64,000 nt of DNA from Thermoguttaceae bacterium. GTDB taxonomy: Bacteria > Planctomycetota > Planctomycetia > Pirellulales > Thermoguttaceae. The notes below the pieces were generated by a model. It did no database searches, was not told where the DNA came from, and saw nothing but the letters and a program-made list of their open reading frames with translations. Positions 49,407-59,157 of the stretch are shown piece after piece. Location: the NCBI GenBank assembly GCA_040768665.1, contig JAXGMN010000031.1, positions 36,369 through 100,368 on the forward strand, given 5' to 3'. Made by a program: the position numbers and the translations under genes. Each line of letters starts with the position of its first letter. Within the stretch, counting starts at the first letter, position 1.

Positions 49407-49834
49407 GACTCACACCTCCTTCTGACCTCAATATCGACCTTCAGTTGTTCGGGGCGGTCCGAGCGTGATGCGTTGAGCACCTCCATGGCAGCGGAATATG
49501 CCAACTGGCGGTCATAGTGCGACCTGGAATAGCCCTGCACGATCACCTGTCCCTCCAAGGTCTCGATGCGCAAGGAGCTAATTCGATCGCGGGTTCGCAG
49601 GCGAATCCGACGCTCCAGGCGTTGCGCGAAATCAGTGCGACTGCCATTCGCGTGCGACGCCGAAGGACCAGGTTCGGCTGTCTGCTCCAGTATCTCCCGG
49701 CGATGCACGGGGACATCGAACGGCGCCGATATCCCCAGGCGGACTCTCTTCCCGCCTACGGCCACGACGCCGATCGTCACGCCATGCTTGGGCAGTACGA
49801 TTTCTTCCCCTGTCTTGCGGCTAAAAACGAGCAT
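49403..49834 (-). CDS. CsrA/RsmA-like RNA-binding protein with ~90-aa C-terminal extension
   Basis: The N-terminal 55 aa MLVFSRKTGEEIVLPKHGVTIGVVAVGGKRVRLGISAPFDVPVHRREI align with CsrA (MLILTRRVGE..I.IGD.V.VTVL.V.GNQVRIG..AP..V.VHREEI). It is then 143 aa long instead of ~65. ATGA overlap with the downstream usp gene. Confidence 0.65.
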   Translation of the reverse strand: MLVFSRKTGEEIVLPKHGVTIGVVAVGGKRVRLGISAPFDVPVHRREILEQTAEPGPSASHANGSRTDFAQRLERRIRLRTRDRISSLRIETLEGQVIVQGYSRSHYDRQLAYSAAMEVLNASRSDRPEQLKVDIEVRRRCES

Positions 49835-49867
49835 CGTTGCTACTCCTTCTCCATGTGACTTGGTCTC

Positions 49868-50323
49868 TTAACGGCTCTGGGCCTGTGCGCCTTCCTCCGT
49901 TGTGGGCCAATCTCCCACGTGCGGCATCCGAGGCGGCAATCCCGAGCGAAAAACGTCGTTGGCTTCGCGGTTAGACAGAAGCCTGACGACCGTCCGTTTT
50001 AACTCACCCAGATCCTCGCTTTTCTCGACGCAGGCGTTCGCAAACCGACTCCGTGAGTCAGTAACACAATCCTCGTCGTTGGCCGTGAAGAAGATGATCG
50101 GGATGGCCGGGTCGATGGCCTTGATCCGCTCCACGGCTTCGAGGCCGCCCGCTCTGGGCATACAGATGTCCAGAATCGCCAGGTCGGGATGTTCCTCCTG
50201 TACCAAGCGAACGGCTTCTCGTCCGTCTCGTGCAACGATCACCCGGTAGCCTTCTTCCTCCAATTCGTGCTTGCAGAACTCGCGTATGTTCTTCCTGTCA
50301 TCAGCGAACAGAAGCGTATTCAT
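49868..50323 (-). CDS. Stand-alone response-regulator receiver (CheY-like) protein
   Basis: 151 aa. LFADDRKNIRE (phospho-acceptor acidic pair context). LAILDICMP (Asp). IIFFTAND (Thr). Lys region. No output domain. Confidence 0.8.
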   Translation of the reverse strand: MNTLLFADDRKNIREFCKHELEEEGYRVIVARDGREAVRLVQEEHPDLAILDICMPRAGGLEAVERIKAIDPAIPIIFFTANDEDCVTDSRSRFANACVEKSEDLGELKRTVVRLLSNREANDVFRSGLPPRMPHVGDWPTTEEGAQAQSR

Positions 50324-50738
50324 CGTTTGCCAGCCTTATTGTCGTAGTGCCCTCTGCCTTGCTTCTCTTGCGACGCACGAGGCTTTGGAGTACCAGGTAA
50401 GCGCCGTCGTCTGCCGCCAGAACCGACACGAGCAATTCGACCTGCGCCTAGCTCGGCGTGTAATCGCCCATCCACTCCGTCCGTTGCTCGTGAAAACCTT
50501 CGTGTCGCATGGCACGGTGCCGCCGTCTTGGGCAAGTCAGTTAAGAATTCTCCTCGATGGTTTGTTCTGAGGCCGGACACGATTGAGGGCAATTTGCGTG
50601 CCGCAACCGGGAGTGAGTCGGGTCGCGGCACCGCAAGTCGTTCACGGCCAACAAGATAATCTCGCCGGCTCCGGAGACTACCGGGGCACGGAACTGCGAT
50701 AAACGTCCGCTACTCGACCGCGCGTCAGGAACCTGGCA

Positions 50739-51290
50739 CTAACCCTGCGCGCTCCCGCCCTCGCCGTGAAGGCGGTGCTTCTGCATCTTCGCGTGAAGCG
50801 TCGGACGAGGTATGCCCAGCAGTCGGGCGGCGTGGGTTTGGTTCCCCTTGGCCCGGCGTAGGGCCTCGGTCAGAAGCAGCTTTTCGACCTTTCCAAGGAA
50901 TTGGTCGTAAGCTCGCGGACCGTCGTGCGAGCTGAGATAGCGCCATACCACCTCGGCCAGCGTCTCGTCGTCTTTGGCAAACGGCTCGCTCGCCCTCCCC
51001 TCATCCACAGGCTCAAAGAGCGAACGCAAATCCGCCGCTTGGATGGCATGACCGCGCGTAAAAATCATCGTGCGGTGGATGCAGTGCTGAAGTTCCCTCA
51101 CGTTCCCGGGCCAGGGATGACTCTTAAGTAATTCCAAGGCGTCCTCGGAGAGCACAGGTCTGTCGGCGCCCAGTTCTTCCGCAAAGCGATTCAAGAAGAG
51201 ATCGACCAACTTCGGAATGTCTTCCTTGCGCTCCCGAATCGGAGGAATGTGGATGGTCGCCACGTTCAGCCGGTCCGATCGTCTTCTGGA
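50739..51290 (-). pseudogene. Remnant C-terminal third of an NtrC-family sigma54 regulator (paralog of 34167..35588), lacking REC and Walker motifs
   Basis: ...RLNVATIHIPPIRERKEDIPKLVDLFLNRFAEEL...WPGNVRELQHCIHRTMIF...GNQTHAARLLGIPRPTLHAKMQKH aligns with residues ~300-473 of the intact regulator at ~60% identity. No upstream REC or AAA+ sequence is present. Confidence 0.65.
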
Positions 51291-52188
51291 TCGAGAACAA
51301 CCACATCTTGATCGCCGTGAGCGGATTGCGCAGCTCGTGGGCCACGCTGGCCGCCAGCTTTCCTACCGAGGCCAGTTTCTCCGCACTCATCAAGCGTCTC
51401 CTGGTCTGTTCCAGCACGGCACGCCCGCTGCTCACCTCCGACATCAGGGTTCGCAGGTATTCACCCACAGCCTGCAACTCATCCTCTTGCGTTCCAACGC
51501 CCTTCGAAGTCGTACAACCTGCCGCCGCGCGCGCCTCGGCGGCAATGCTCCGCAGGGGAAGGACCACACCGCGGAGAAACAGCCAAAGCAGCCCCATTCC
51601 GATCGCGATGGTCGCGCTGACGAAGGCTGCCGCCAGCCACGTCGCCGACCTGATTCGGCGAGCCCCAGTTTCAATTGCCGCATCGACAAAACGCTCGTTG
51701 GCGGCAATGACATCTCTGCAGAGGGAGAACGCTCGCTCGTAGAGGTCCGCCAGGTCATGCACCAAAATCATTGTGGCTTCCGTTGCCTCACCCCTATCAT
51801 AGAGCGACAACATTTCATCCCGCTTGGCATCGTAGTCGTGATAGACGTGATCCAAATCCCGCATTAAGGCCGCTTCTTCCGGCGTGTGTGCGGTCGATTG
51901 CGCCAGACCCAGCCACTTGTCGAACTCGGCTTTCCAGCGATGCAATTCCCGCAAATGATCGGGCCTACCGCGATCCAGGATATACGCGGACACGATCGCC
52001 CCCTGTCGCAGGAACGCGATTTCCAGTTCGTTGGCGGCGCGCACGCTGGACGCGTTGTTGGTGAGCACCTCTTGCATCAGGTTTCCGACCGCCCACATCG
52101 ACAGTAGCGTCAGAAGGCTGCTGGCTGCCGCCAGGGCAACGACCCCTATGATGGCTATTGAAAACCTGGTCCCCAGTGTAAGTCGCAT
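51124..52188 (-). pseudogene. Remnant N-terminal part of a sensor histidine kinase (paralog of 32692..34170): TM-sensor-TM-HAMP-like-H-box, no ATPase domain
   Basis: MRLTLGTRFSIAIIGVVALAA...SVRAANELEIAFLRQGAIVSAYILD...HELRNPLTAIKMWLFSIQKT, then non-kinase sequence. About 55% identical to the intact kinase through the H-box. A +1 frame change at ~51280-51290 joins it to the regulator remnant. Confidence 0.65.
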
Positions 52189-52528
52189 GAGACACCTCCA
52201 GCCCACGGATAGCTAAACCTTGGCGGCTGTGGTGCGTCCCAAGCGTGCCGCGAGGGAACCGCCAATCTGTGTAATCTAAACCAGGCAGCCCAGCCAAGCG
52301 AAGCCCTTCCTGGTGGCACTTGGTCCTGTGCCACCACGAAGGTGAGCACTACCGCGACGGGTTGAACATACACAAAAATCGTTTCATTCAAGAATGTCTT
52401 CGGACCTGCAGGTTCCGAGAACAGCCTGCCTTGATCGTGCGTACCGGTTATGGAGAGATCTTGCCACGCTGGCCGGCTATGCGCTGAATATTCCTGGAAC
52501 CAGTTCTCACAGTTCGTATCGTGGGCCC

Positions 52529-53947
52529 ATGAGTGCAAGCACAAGATCCATCGGCAGAGTGTACGCAGTCATCGCCGGTGTGACCGCGACGGCCGTTGTC
52601 AGTAGCGTCGTGGGCTTGTTCGCCTCTTGGCAGATTGCGGATCTCTTCCACACTGCAGTGACCGACAACATCCCGAGTATGCTCGCGGCGGAAGAACTGG
52701 AAATCGCGCTGTTGGAGCAACGCGGGTTGGTGTCCTCGTACTTGATGGACGGGGCGAACAAGCAGTGGCTCGAAGAGTTGGACAACGTCACCCGCGAGTT
52801 CGATCATTGGTTAAACCGGGTTCGTGACACCGTTCGCACCCACGAGCAAGAACGAATCCTCAATGAGCTGCGGATGGTGTTTCGCGATTACCAGGGCAAG
52901 CGGAAAGAGGTGGTGCAACTACATGACCGGGGAGAACCGGAACAGGCCAGGGGCGTGCTCTTGCAGGACGTCGAACCATTGTATCGGCGGGCCCACCAGT
53001 TGTGCGAGGATTTCACCACGGCGACCCAACATTATGTCGACCGCGAAATCGAGGCCGGTCACAGGCACATCCGGCGAGTCACTTGGGCGGTTGGCGCGTA
53101 CATGATCGTGACCGTGGGCCTCGGGGTCGCTTTGGTTCGCGCGTTTGCCCGGCGGTTTCGCGCAGAGCAGGCAAGAAGCAGATACGAAGCACACCTGGCG
53201 GCGGCACAACAGATCCAGGAGCACTTGTTGCCCGGCGCGACTCCTGAGATTCGCGGCTTCGATATCCATTCCGTCTGGCATCCTGCCGAGTTCGCCGCCG
53301 GAGACTACTATGACTATCTTCGATTTCCCGACGGGACAGTGGGAGTTGTTATTGGCGATGTAAGCGGGCACGGCGTCGGCCCCGCCCTGTTGATGGCTTC
53401 GGTGCGCGCCTATCTCCGCGTGTTCGCGGAACGGACCACCGACATCGCCCACATCCTCGATTCCGCGAATGCGGTGTTTTCACGAGACGTGCATAACGGC
53501 CGCTTCGTCACGATCCTGCTGGGACGTCTCGACCCTGATCGCAGAACGTTCACCTACGCCAGCGCCGGCCATCCCATGGGTTACGTGCTCGGCGCCTCCG
53601 GAGACGTAAAATCGCGATTGGAGAGCACGGGGATGCCGTTGGGGATCGACTCAGACGTCAGTTATCCCACTGCAACGGCGGTCGCTCTCTCGCCGAACGA
53701 TGTCGTCCTCCTTGTCAGCGACGGTGTGTTGGAGGCGAGTTCACCAGACGGCGAACTCTTCGGCGTCCGCCGTTTGCTGGAGGTGGTGCGGGCTCATCGC
53801 CACAGTCGCGCCAGGGAGATCGCAGAGAGCATTTACCACGCGATTTGCGCATTTTCCCGCTCAGGTGAATTGGCCGACGATGTCACAGCGACAGTGCTCA
53901 AGGTTGATCCACTAAGCGATCCATACTGTCGGGGGCCGGATGCGTAG
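52529..53947 (+). CDS. Membrane sensor protein-serine phosphatase (paralogous TM-sensor-TM module fused to PP2C/SpoIIE-type phosphatase)
   Basis: The start is at the Met of MSASTRSIGRVYAVIAGV. The ORF track begins at 52394. The sensor MLAAEELEIALLEQRGLVSSYLMDGANKQWLEEL...DYQGKRKEVVQLHDRGEPEQARGVLL parallels the kinase sensor. The PP2C half has FAAGDYYDY, GDVSGHGVGPALLMA and LLVSDGV. Confidence 0.75.
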   Translation: MSASTRSIGRVYAVIAGVTATAVVSSVVGLFASWQIADLFHTAVTDNIPSMLAAEELEIALLEQRGLVSSYLMDGANKQWLEELDNVTREFDHWLNRVRDTVRTHEQERILNELRMVFRDYQGKRKEVVQLHDRGEPEQARGVLLQDVEPLYRRAHQLCEDFTTATQHYVDREIEAGHRHIRRVTWAVGAYMIVTVGLGVALVRAFARRFRAEQARSRYEAHLAAAQQIQEHLLPGATPEIRGFDIHSVWHPAEFAAGDYYDYLRFPDGTVGVVIGDVSGHGVGPALLMASVRAYLRVFAERTTDIAHILDSANAVFSRDVHNGRFVTILLGRLDPDRRTFTYASAGHPMGYVLGASGDVKSRLESTGMPLGIDSDVSYPTATAVALSPNDVVLLVSDGVLEASSPDGELFGVRRLLEVVRAHRHSRAREIAESIYHAICAFSRSGELADDVTATVLKVDPLSDPYCRGPDA

Positions 53948-54479
53948 TCTGACCGCCAACCAAGACCAGGTTCCCTCCCGAGGAATGACTCCGTGAAAGA
54001 CCTAATCAAACCACGGATCGTTCTGCCTTGATGAGCGGTGATGACTTGTGAACACTGATCCCACGGTCCGCGTTCCCAGCGACAGAAGTTTGCCCCGCCT
54101 GACTCCACATCGAGCCCCCGTAAGCATGAATCGGTGCAGCCCTGGCGGTGCAGGCAGCGCGCGTCGATTAGACGGCTGCTGTCGAACATGCCGATGGGTT
54201 GGGCGACCCCGGCAGACGTCCGCGCGGATTGGGGGCGACTATCGCATCAGAATCGCCATCGCCCTGGTATTGTCTGCGGCGGGAGGGATAATGGTGGCTG
54301 CGGTTGGTCGTGCCATAATAGCGCGAATCTCGGTATTTCACTGCACGATCAACAACCAGGAACCGGTGCTCGTGGGAACGGGAAAGACGTCAACCCGTAT
54401 CGAGGAGATCATGCCGGCAGCTCGATTTGTCTCACTGGCGGCGCCGTGGATTCAGGCCTGAGAAAGGAGGAGAAAGTAC

Positions 54480-55574
54480 ATGAAATGGTCGTGGAAGCTC
54501 GGTGAGTTTCGTGCAATCGGCGTGTACATGCATGCCACGTTCTTGATCCTAATCGCCTTCGTGGTCTTCAGCCACTGGTCCGCCGGCCACAGCGTCGGCA
54601 AAACGCTGGAGGGTGTCGGTTTCATCCTCGCACTGTTCTCCTGCGTGTTGCTGCACGAGTTCGGCCATGCGCTGATGGCTGCCAAGTTCGGCATCAAGAC
54701 TCGCGACATTACATTGCTGCCGATCGGCGGTGTGGCACGCCTGGAGCGGATGCCGGAGGAGCCGCTTCAGGAATTCTGGGTCGCGTTGGCGGGACCAGCC
54801 GTGAACGTGGTGATTGCGGCTGGTTTGTACCTCTGGTTGGTATTCAGTGCAACATTTGCCCCTCTGGAACAACTGACCGTAACCGCGGGGCCGTTTCTGG
54901 AGCGGCTGTTGGTGGTGAACGTGATCCTGGTCGTATTCAACATGTTGCCCGCCTTTCCGATGGACGGGGGGCGCGTGATGCGGGCGCTGCTCGCCACGCG
55001 GATGGAGTACACACGCGCCACACAACTCGCCGCTGCCACCGGCCAGGCGATGGCCCTTGTGTTCGGCTTGCTCGGGTTTTTTTTCAATCCCTTCTTGTTG
55101 TTCATCGCCCTGTTCGTCTGGATCGGCGCCGCCCAGGAGGCGAGCATGGCCCAGATGAAATCATCGTTGGGCGGCATTCCGGTGCTGCACGCGATGATCA
55201 CCGATTTTCGGGCGATTTCGCCGGACGACCCGCTTTCCGTCGCCGTGGAGCAGCTTCTGGCCGGTTCGCAGCAGGACTTCCCCGTCTTGGAAGACGACCG
55301 CGTGGTGGGAATCCTCACCCGGCAGAACCTGCTTGCCGGCTTGGCACGCGGCGGCCCGCAGACGCCCGTGGGGGAATCGATGCAGCGAGAATTCGAAACG
55401 TCCGAGGCGGCGGAGATGCTCGAAACCGTCTTCCGCCGGCTGCAGAGTTGCCAATGCCATACCGTGCCCGTGCTTCGCCGAGGTGAATTGGTCGGTCTAG
55501 TGACGATGGACAACGTTGGCGAGTTCATCGCCATTCAGGCGGCAATGGACAATCGAAAGTCATCCTTCGGATAG
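54480..55574 (+). CDS. Site-2 protease family (M50) zinc metalloprotease with C-terminal tandem CBS domains
   Basis: 364 aa. HEFGHAL (HExxH) in the first TM region. NMLPAFPMDGGRV (LDG motif). The C-terminal half has two CBS-like units (VLHAMITDFRAISPDDPLSV... and VPVLRRGELVGLVTMDNV). Confidence 0.8.
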   Translation: MKWSWKLGEFRAIGVYMHATFLILIAFVVFSHWSAGHSVGKTLEGVGFILALFSCVLLHEFGHALMAAKFGIKTRDITLLPIGGVARLERMPEEPLQEFWVALAGPAVNVVIAAGLYLWLVFSATFAPLEQLTVTAGPFLERLLVVNVILVVFNMLPAFPMDGGRVMRALLATRMEYTRATQLAAATGQAMALVFGLLGFFFNPFLLFIALFVWIGAAQEASMAQMKSSLGGIPVLHAMITDFRAISPDDPLSVAVEQLLAGSQQDFPVLEDDRVVGILTRQNLLAGLARGGPQTPVGESMQREFETSEAAEMLETVFRRLQSCQCHTVPVLRRGELVGLVTMDNVGEFIAIQAAMDNRKSSFG

Positions 55575-55580
55575 AGGCTT

Positions 55581-56261
55581 ATGTCTGCGGACCCAACCCC
55601 TTCGTCCCCTTCCGCCCTGCCTCGGCGCGTCACGCTGACGCTGCAGGCCATCATCGGTCTCGGGGGTATCCTGGAACTGTATAACCAACAATGGCTGGCT
55701 GCGGCGATCGTCGCCGGAATCCTGCTGCTGACGACCCTGCCGGTGTTTCTCGCGCGCGGAGCAAAGATCGTCATTCCGCCGCAGTTCGAACTGCTCGCCA
55801 TCGCCTTCCTATTCGCGTCACTGTACCTCGGCGAGCGGCGCGATTTCTACGTCCGCTTCTGGTGGTGGGACCTGGCGCTGCACTCGACATCAGGCGTACT
55901 GCTTGGGATCCTCGGATTCCTGTTGGTCTACGTTCTGAATCAGAATCCTCGGATCGATCTGCACATGCAGCCGGCGTTCGTTGCAATCTTCGCTTTTTGC
56001 TTCTCGATGACCGTTGGCGCGCTGTGGGAAATCTTTGAATTTGCAATGGACCAGTTCTTCGGAACGAACATGCAGAAGCCGATGTTCGGCGACCCGTCCG
56101 GCCTGACCGACACGATGTGTGACTTGATCGTGGATGCACTCGGCACGTTGGCGGTCGTGAGCTACGGATATCAGTACCTGCGGCGCGGGAGGCCGTCCCT
56201 AATTCAACGCTGGATCCGCCGGTTCATCGATGCCAACCCGCGATTGTTTTCCCGGCGATAG
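55581..56261 (+). CDS. Integral membrane protein of unknown function (~5 TM)
   Basis: 226 aa. Hydrophobic segments. Conserved-looking YVRFWWWDLALHSTSG. No recognisable catalytic motif. Confidence 0.45.
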   Translation: MSADPTPSSPSALPRRVTLTLQAIIGLGGILELYNQQWLAAAIVAGILLLTTLPVFLARGAKIVIPPQFELLAIAFLFASLYLGERRDFYVRFWWWDLALHSTSGVLLGILGFLLVYVLNQNPRIDLHMQPAFVAIFAFCFSMTVGALWEIFEFAMDQFFGTNMQKPMFGDPSGLTDTMCDLIVDALGTLAVVSYGYQYLRRGRPSLIQRWIRRFIDANPRLFSRR

Positions 56262-56344
56262 GCGCCTCTCAAAAGACTGCTTGGAAACCCGGCCGATATA
56301 GACTGGCGTCCGCCAATCGGCTAAGCTGGCAGCGCGTTCCGAAT

Positions 56345-57976
56345 TTGAAATCGGCAACCGCAATGCAGCCAAGGGAGTCGACCATGAGAAGTCTCGCCGT
56401 TTGTTTCCTCGGTCTGGTTTGTTCTAACGCTGAGATTGCCGCCTTCGGCGCCTACGACGTCCAACAGTACGGAGCGGCGGCCGATGGAGAGACGCTGTGC
56501 ACGGAAGCCCTCCAGAAAGCGATCGACGATGCCGCGGCGCACGGCGGCGGCACCGTCTTCTTTCCGGCCGGCCGGTACCTTTCCGGCACCCTTTGGATGA
56601 AAAGCCACGTCACCCTGGAGCTCGACGCCGGCGCAGTGCTCCTGGGCAGCCGGAATCCAAAGGACTATCCCCAAAGACTCCCCAAAATCCGCTCCTACAC
56701 CGATCGGTACGTGCGACAGGCTCTCATCGCGGGCGAGGACCTCGAGCGCGTGGCCATCCGCGGACGAGGCACAATCGACGGCCAGGGAGCAGCCTTCCGC
56801 TGGAAGGAATATGAGAACCGCCCCTACCTCGTCCGCTTCGTCGGCTGCCGCGACGTGCTCGTCGAAGGGATCACGCTTGAGAGTTCGGCCATGTGGATGC
56901 AGCACTACCTGGCCTGCGACCGTGTGAGAATCCGCGGCGTGCGAGTCTTCAACCACGTCGGCTACAACAACGACGGCCTGGATATCGACGGCTGCCACGA
57001 TGTCTGCGTGTCGGACTGCATTTTCGATTCCGACGACGACGCGCTCTGCCTGAAAAGCACTCTCGACCGGGCCTGCGAAAACGTGACCATCAGCAACTGC
57101 GTGCTCAGCAGCCACTGCAATGCACTGAAGATGGGCACCGAGTCGAACGGCGGGTTCAAGAACATCACCATCACGAATTGCACGATCTGTACGCCTCGCT
57201 ACTCGAAGTCGACCTACGGCCGCCAGACCGGAATCAGCGGCGTTGCCCTGGAAATCGTCGACGGGGGCACACTCGACGGCGTCAACGTGTCGAACCTGTC
57301 GATCGACGGCGTGGCCGTGCCGATCTTTCTCCGCCTGGGCAACCGCGCCCGGCCTTTCACGCCCGACGGGCCCAAACCGGCCGTGGGCCGTTTCCGCAAC
57401 GTCAACATCAGCAACGTCGTGGCCAGCGGCGCCTCGCCGATCGGCTGCTCGATCACCGGCTTGCCCGAGCAGAGTATCGAAGGGGTCTCGCTGTGCAACG
57501 TTCGGCTTACGTTCGCCGGGGGCGGCAGTTCGGATCTCGCCGCTGCCTCGGTCGCCGAACGGGCCGAACAGTATCCCGAAGCCACCATGTTCGGCACGCT
57601 CCCGGCCTACGGCTTCTATTGCCGCCATGTCCGGGGACTGCGGCTGCAGAACGTCCGCCTGCAGACGGCCGAAGAGGACGGGCGGCACGCGATCGCCTGC
57701 GATGACGTTTCCGGCCTGACCATCTCCGGACTGGAAGCCTCCGGTCCCGCGGCCGGTCCCGCATTGATCCGCCTGACCGATACCACGGCCGGCCTCGTCA
57801 CCGAGTCACGGCCGATCGGCCCCGTCGGCACGATGCTCCGCCTGGAAGGCCCGGCCACGCGCCAAATCACGCTGGTGGGCAACGACCTGGCGGGCGTCAC
57901 GCGCGTGGCGGATGCCGACGACGACGTTCCCGAGGACGCCCTGTTTCAAACGGCCAACCGGCTGCAGGGGCAGTAG
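56345..57976 (+). CDS. Glycoside hydrolase family 28 (polygalacturonase / exo-polygalacturonosidase-like, right-handed beta-helix)
   Basis: Signal peptide. The probable start is the Met of MRSLAVCFLGLV at 56384. YDVQQYGAAADGETLCTEALQKAIDDAA. GH28 catalytic contexts NNDGLDIDGC and CIFDSDDDALCLKS. Repeated beta-helix N-I-T-I/V rungs. Confidence 0.75.
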   Translation: MKSATAMQPRESTMRSLAVCFLGLVCSNAEIAAFGAYDVQQYGAAADGETLCTEALQKAIDDAAAHGGGTVFFPAGRYLSGTLWMKSHVTLELDAGAVLLGSRNPKDYPQRLPKIRSYTDRYVRQALIAGEDLERVAIRGRGTIDGQGAAFRWKEYENRPYLVRFVGCRDVLVEGITLESSAMWMQHYLACDRVRIRGVRVFNHVGYNNDGLDIDGCHDVCVSDCIFDSDDDALCLKSTLDRACENVTISNCVLSSHCNALKMGTESNGGFKNITITNCTICTPRYSKSTYGRQTGISGVALEIVDGGTLDGVNVSNLSIDGVAVPIFLRLGNRARPFTPDGPKPAVGRFRNVNISNVVASGASPIGCSITGLPEQSIEGVSLCNVRLTFAGGGSSDLAAASVAERAEQYPEATMFGTLPAYGFYCRHVRGLRLQNVRLQTAEEDGRHAIACDDVSGLTISGLEASGPAAGPALIRLTDTTAGLVTESRPIGPVGTMLRLEGPATRQITLVGNDLAGVTRVADADDDVPEDALFQTANRLQGQ

Positions 57977-58025
57977 ACGCCGCCATCCGTGTGCCGGTCG
58001 GCAAAAACGTTGGAGCGAATCCAAA

Positions 58026-59093
58026 ATGACTCCTCGCGAACGTGTCCTTGCCGCATTGGCCCGCACCCAGCCCGATCACACCCCGTGCGACTATTTCGCG
58101 ACACCGGAAATCCATCGGGCCCTGTGCGAGCATTTCGGGGTGAGCACCGACGCCGAAGTGCGGCAGCGGCTGGGCACGGACATCCGCTACATCGAGCCGC
58201 CATACACCGGCCCGCCGCTGCCGACCTTTGACGACGGGTCGACGATGAACCTGTGGGGCATTCGTCGCCGACCGATGGCCAATGAATACGGCGAATACGC
58301 CGAGCCGGTCGGGCTTCCGTATGCCGGTTGGACGTCCGTCGAAGAGGCGGAGCGGTTCGCCTGGCCCGATCCCGACTGGTTCGACTACGAGGCAATCCCC
58401 GCGCTGTGCGCCCGTCAGCCGGACCTGGCGACTGCCGCCGGCAGTTTCCACGTGCAGGACTTCATCAACAGCGTGGCGATGGGGCGAGGCGTGGAGCAGG
58501 TGCTGCTGGATATCGCTGCGGAAGACCCGGTCTACCTGTTCATAGTCGAAAAGCGCCATCAGTTTTACCTTCGCCATATTGAACGGATTCTCGACGCTGC
58601 CGGCGGACGGATCGATCTCGTGCTGGCCGGCGACGATTTCGGCGGCCAGCGGGGGCCGCTTATTTCGCCGACTGCCTTCGAGCGTCTGTTTGCGCCGAAG
58701 AAGAAGGATCTCTTCGATTTGGTGCATTCTTTCGGCGCCAGGGTCACCCATCACTGTTGCGGCTCCAGCCGCCGCTTGATACCGCACTTCATCGCCTGCG
58801 GCATGGACGCCCTACAGACGATCCAGCCGCAGGCCGCCGGAATGAACCCCTACGAGCTGAAAAAGGAATTCGGCGACCGGATTACTTTGCACGGAGCGGT
58901 CGACGTGCAGGGCTGGCTGCAGCGGGCCACTCCCACAGAGATCGCGGCCGAGGTCAGCCGCCTCATCGACGAGGTGGGCGACGGCGGCGGATTCATTCTT
59001 GCCCCCTGCCATCATATTCAACCCGATACTCCGCTGGAAAACGTGCTGGCGGTGTACGGCACGGTCGCCCGCCGCCGTGGACGGGAGATCTGA
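58026..59093 (+). CDS. Uroporphyrinogen-decarboxylase (URO-D) family protein (methyltransferase/decarboxylase-like TIM barrel)
   Basis: The start is at the Met of MTPRERVLAALARTQPDHTPCDY, the canonical URO-D-family N-terminus (ERvlaAl.g...D..P). The ORF track begins at 57912. Confidence 0.6.
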   Translation: MTPRERVLAALARTQPDHTPCDYFATPEIHRALCEHFGVSTDAEVRQRLGTDIRYIEPPYTGPPLPTFDDGSTMNLWGIRRRPMANEYGEYAEPVGLPYAGWTSVEEAERFAWPDPDWFDYEAIPALCARQPDLATAAGSFHVQDFINSVAMGRGVEQVLLDIAAEDPVYLFIVEKRHQFYLRHIERILDAAGGRIDLVLAGDDFGGQRGPLISPTAFERLFAPKKKDLFDLVHSFGARVTHHCCGSSRRLIPHFIACGMDALQTIQPQAAGMNPYELKKEFGDRITLHGAVDVQGWLQRATPTEIAAEVSRLIDEVGDGGGFILAPCHHIQPDTPLENVLAVYGTVARRRGREI

Positions 59094-59157
59094 ACCTATT
59101 CGGCGTACTCTTCGGCCATCATCAGGCTGCTCCTGCCGAGGTCGGTTGACACCCGAT

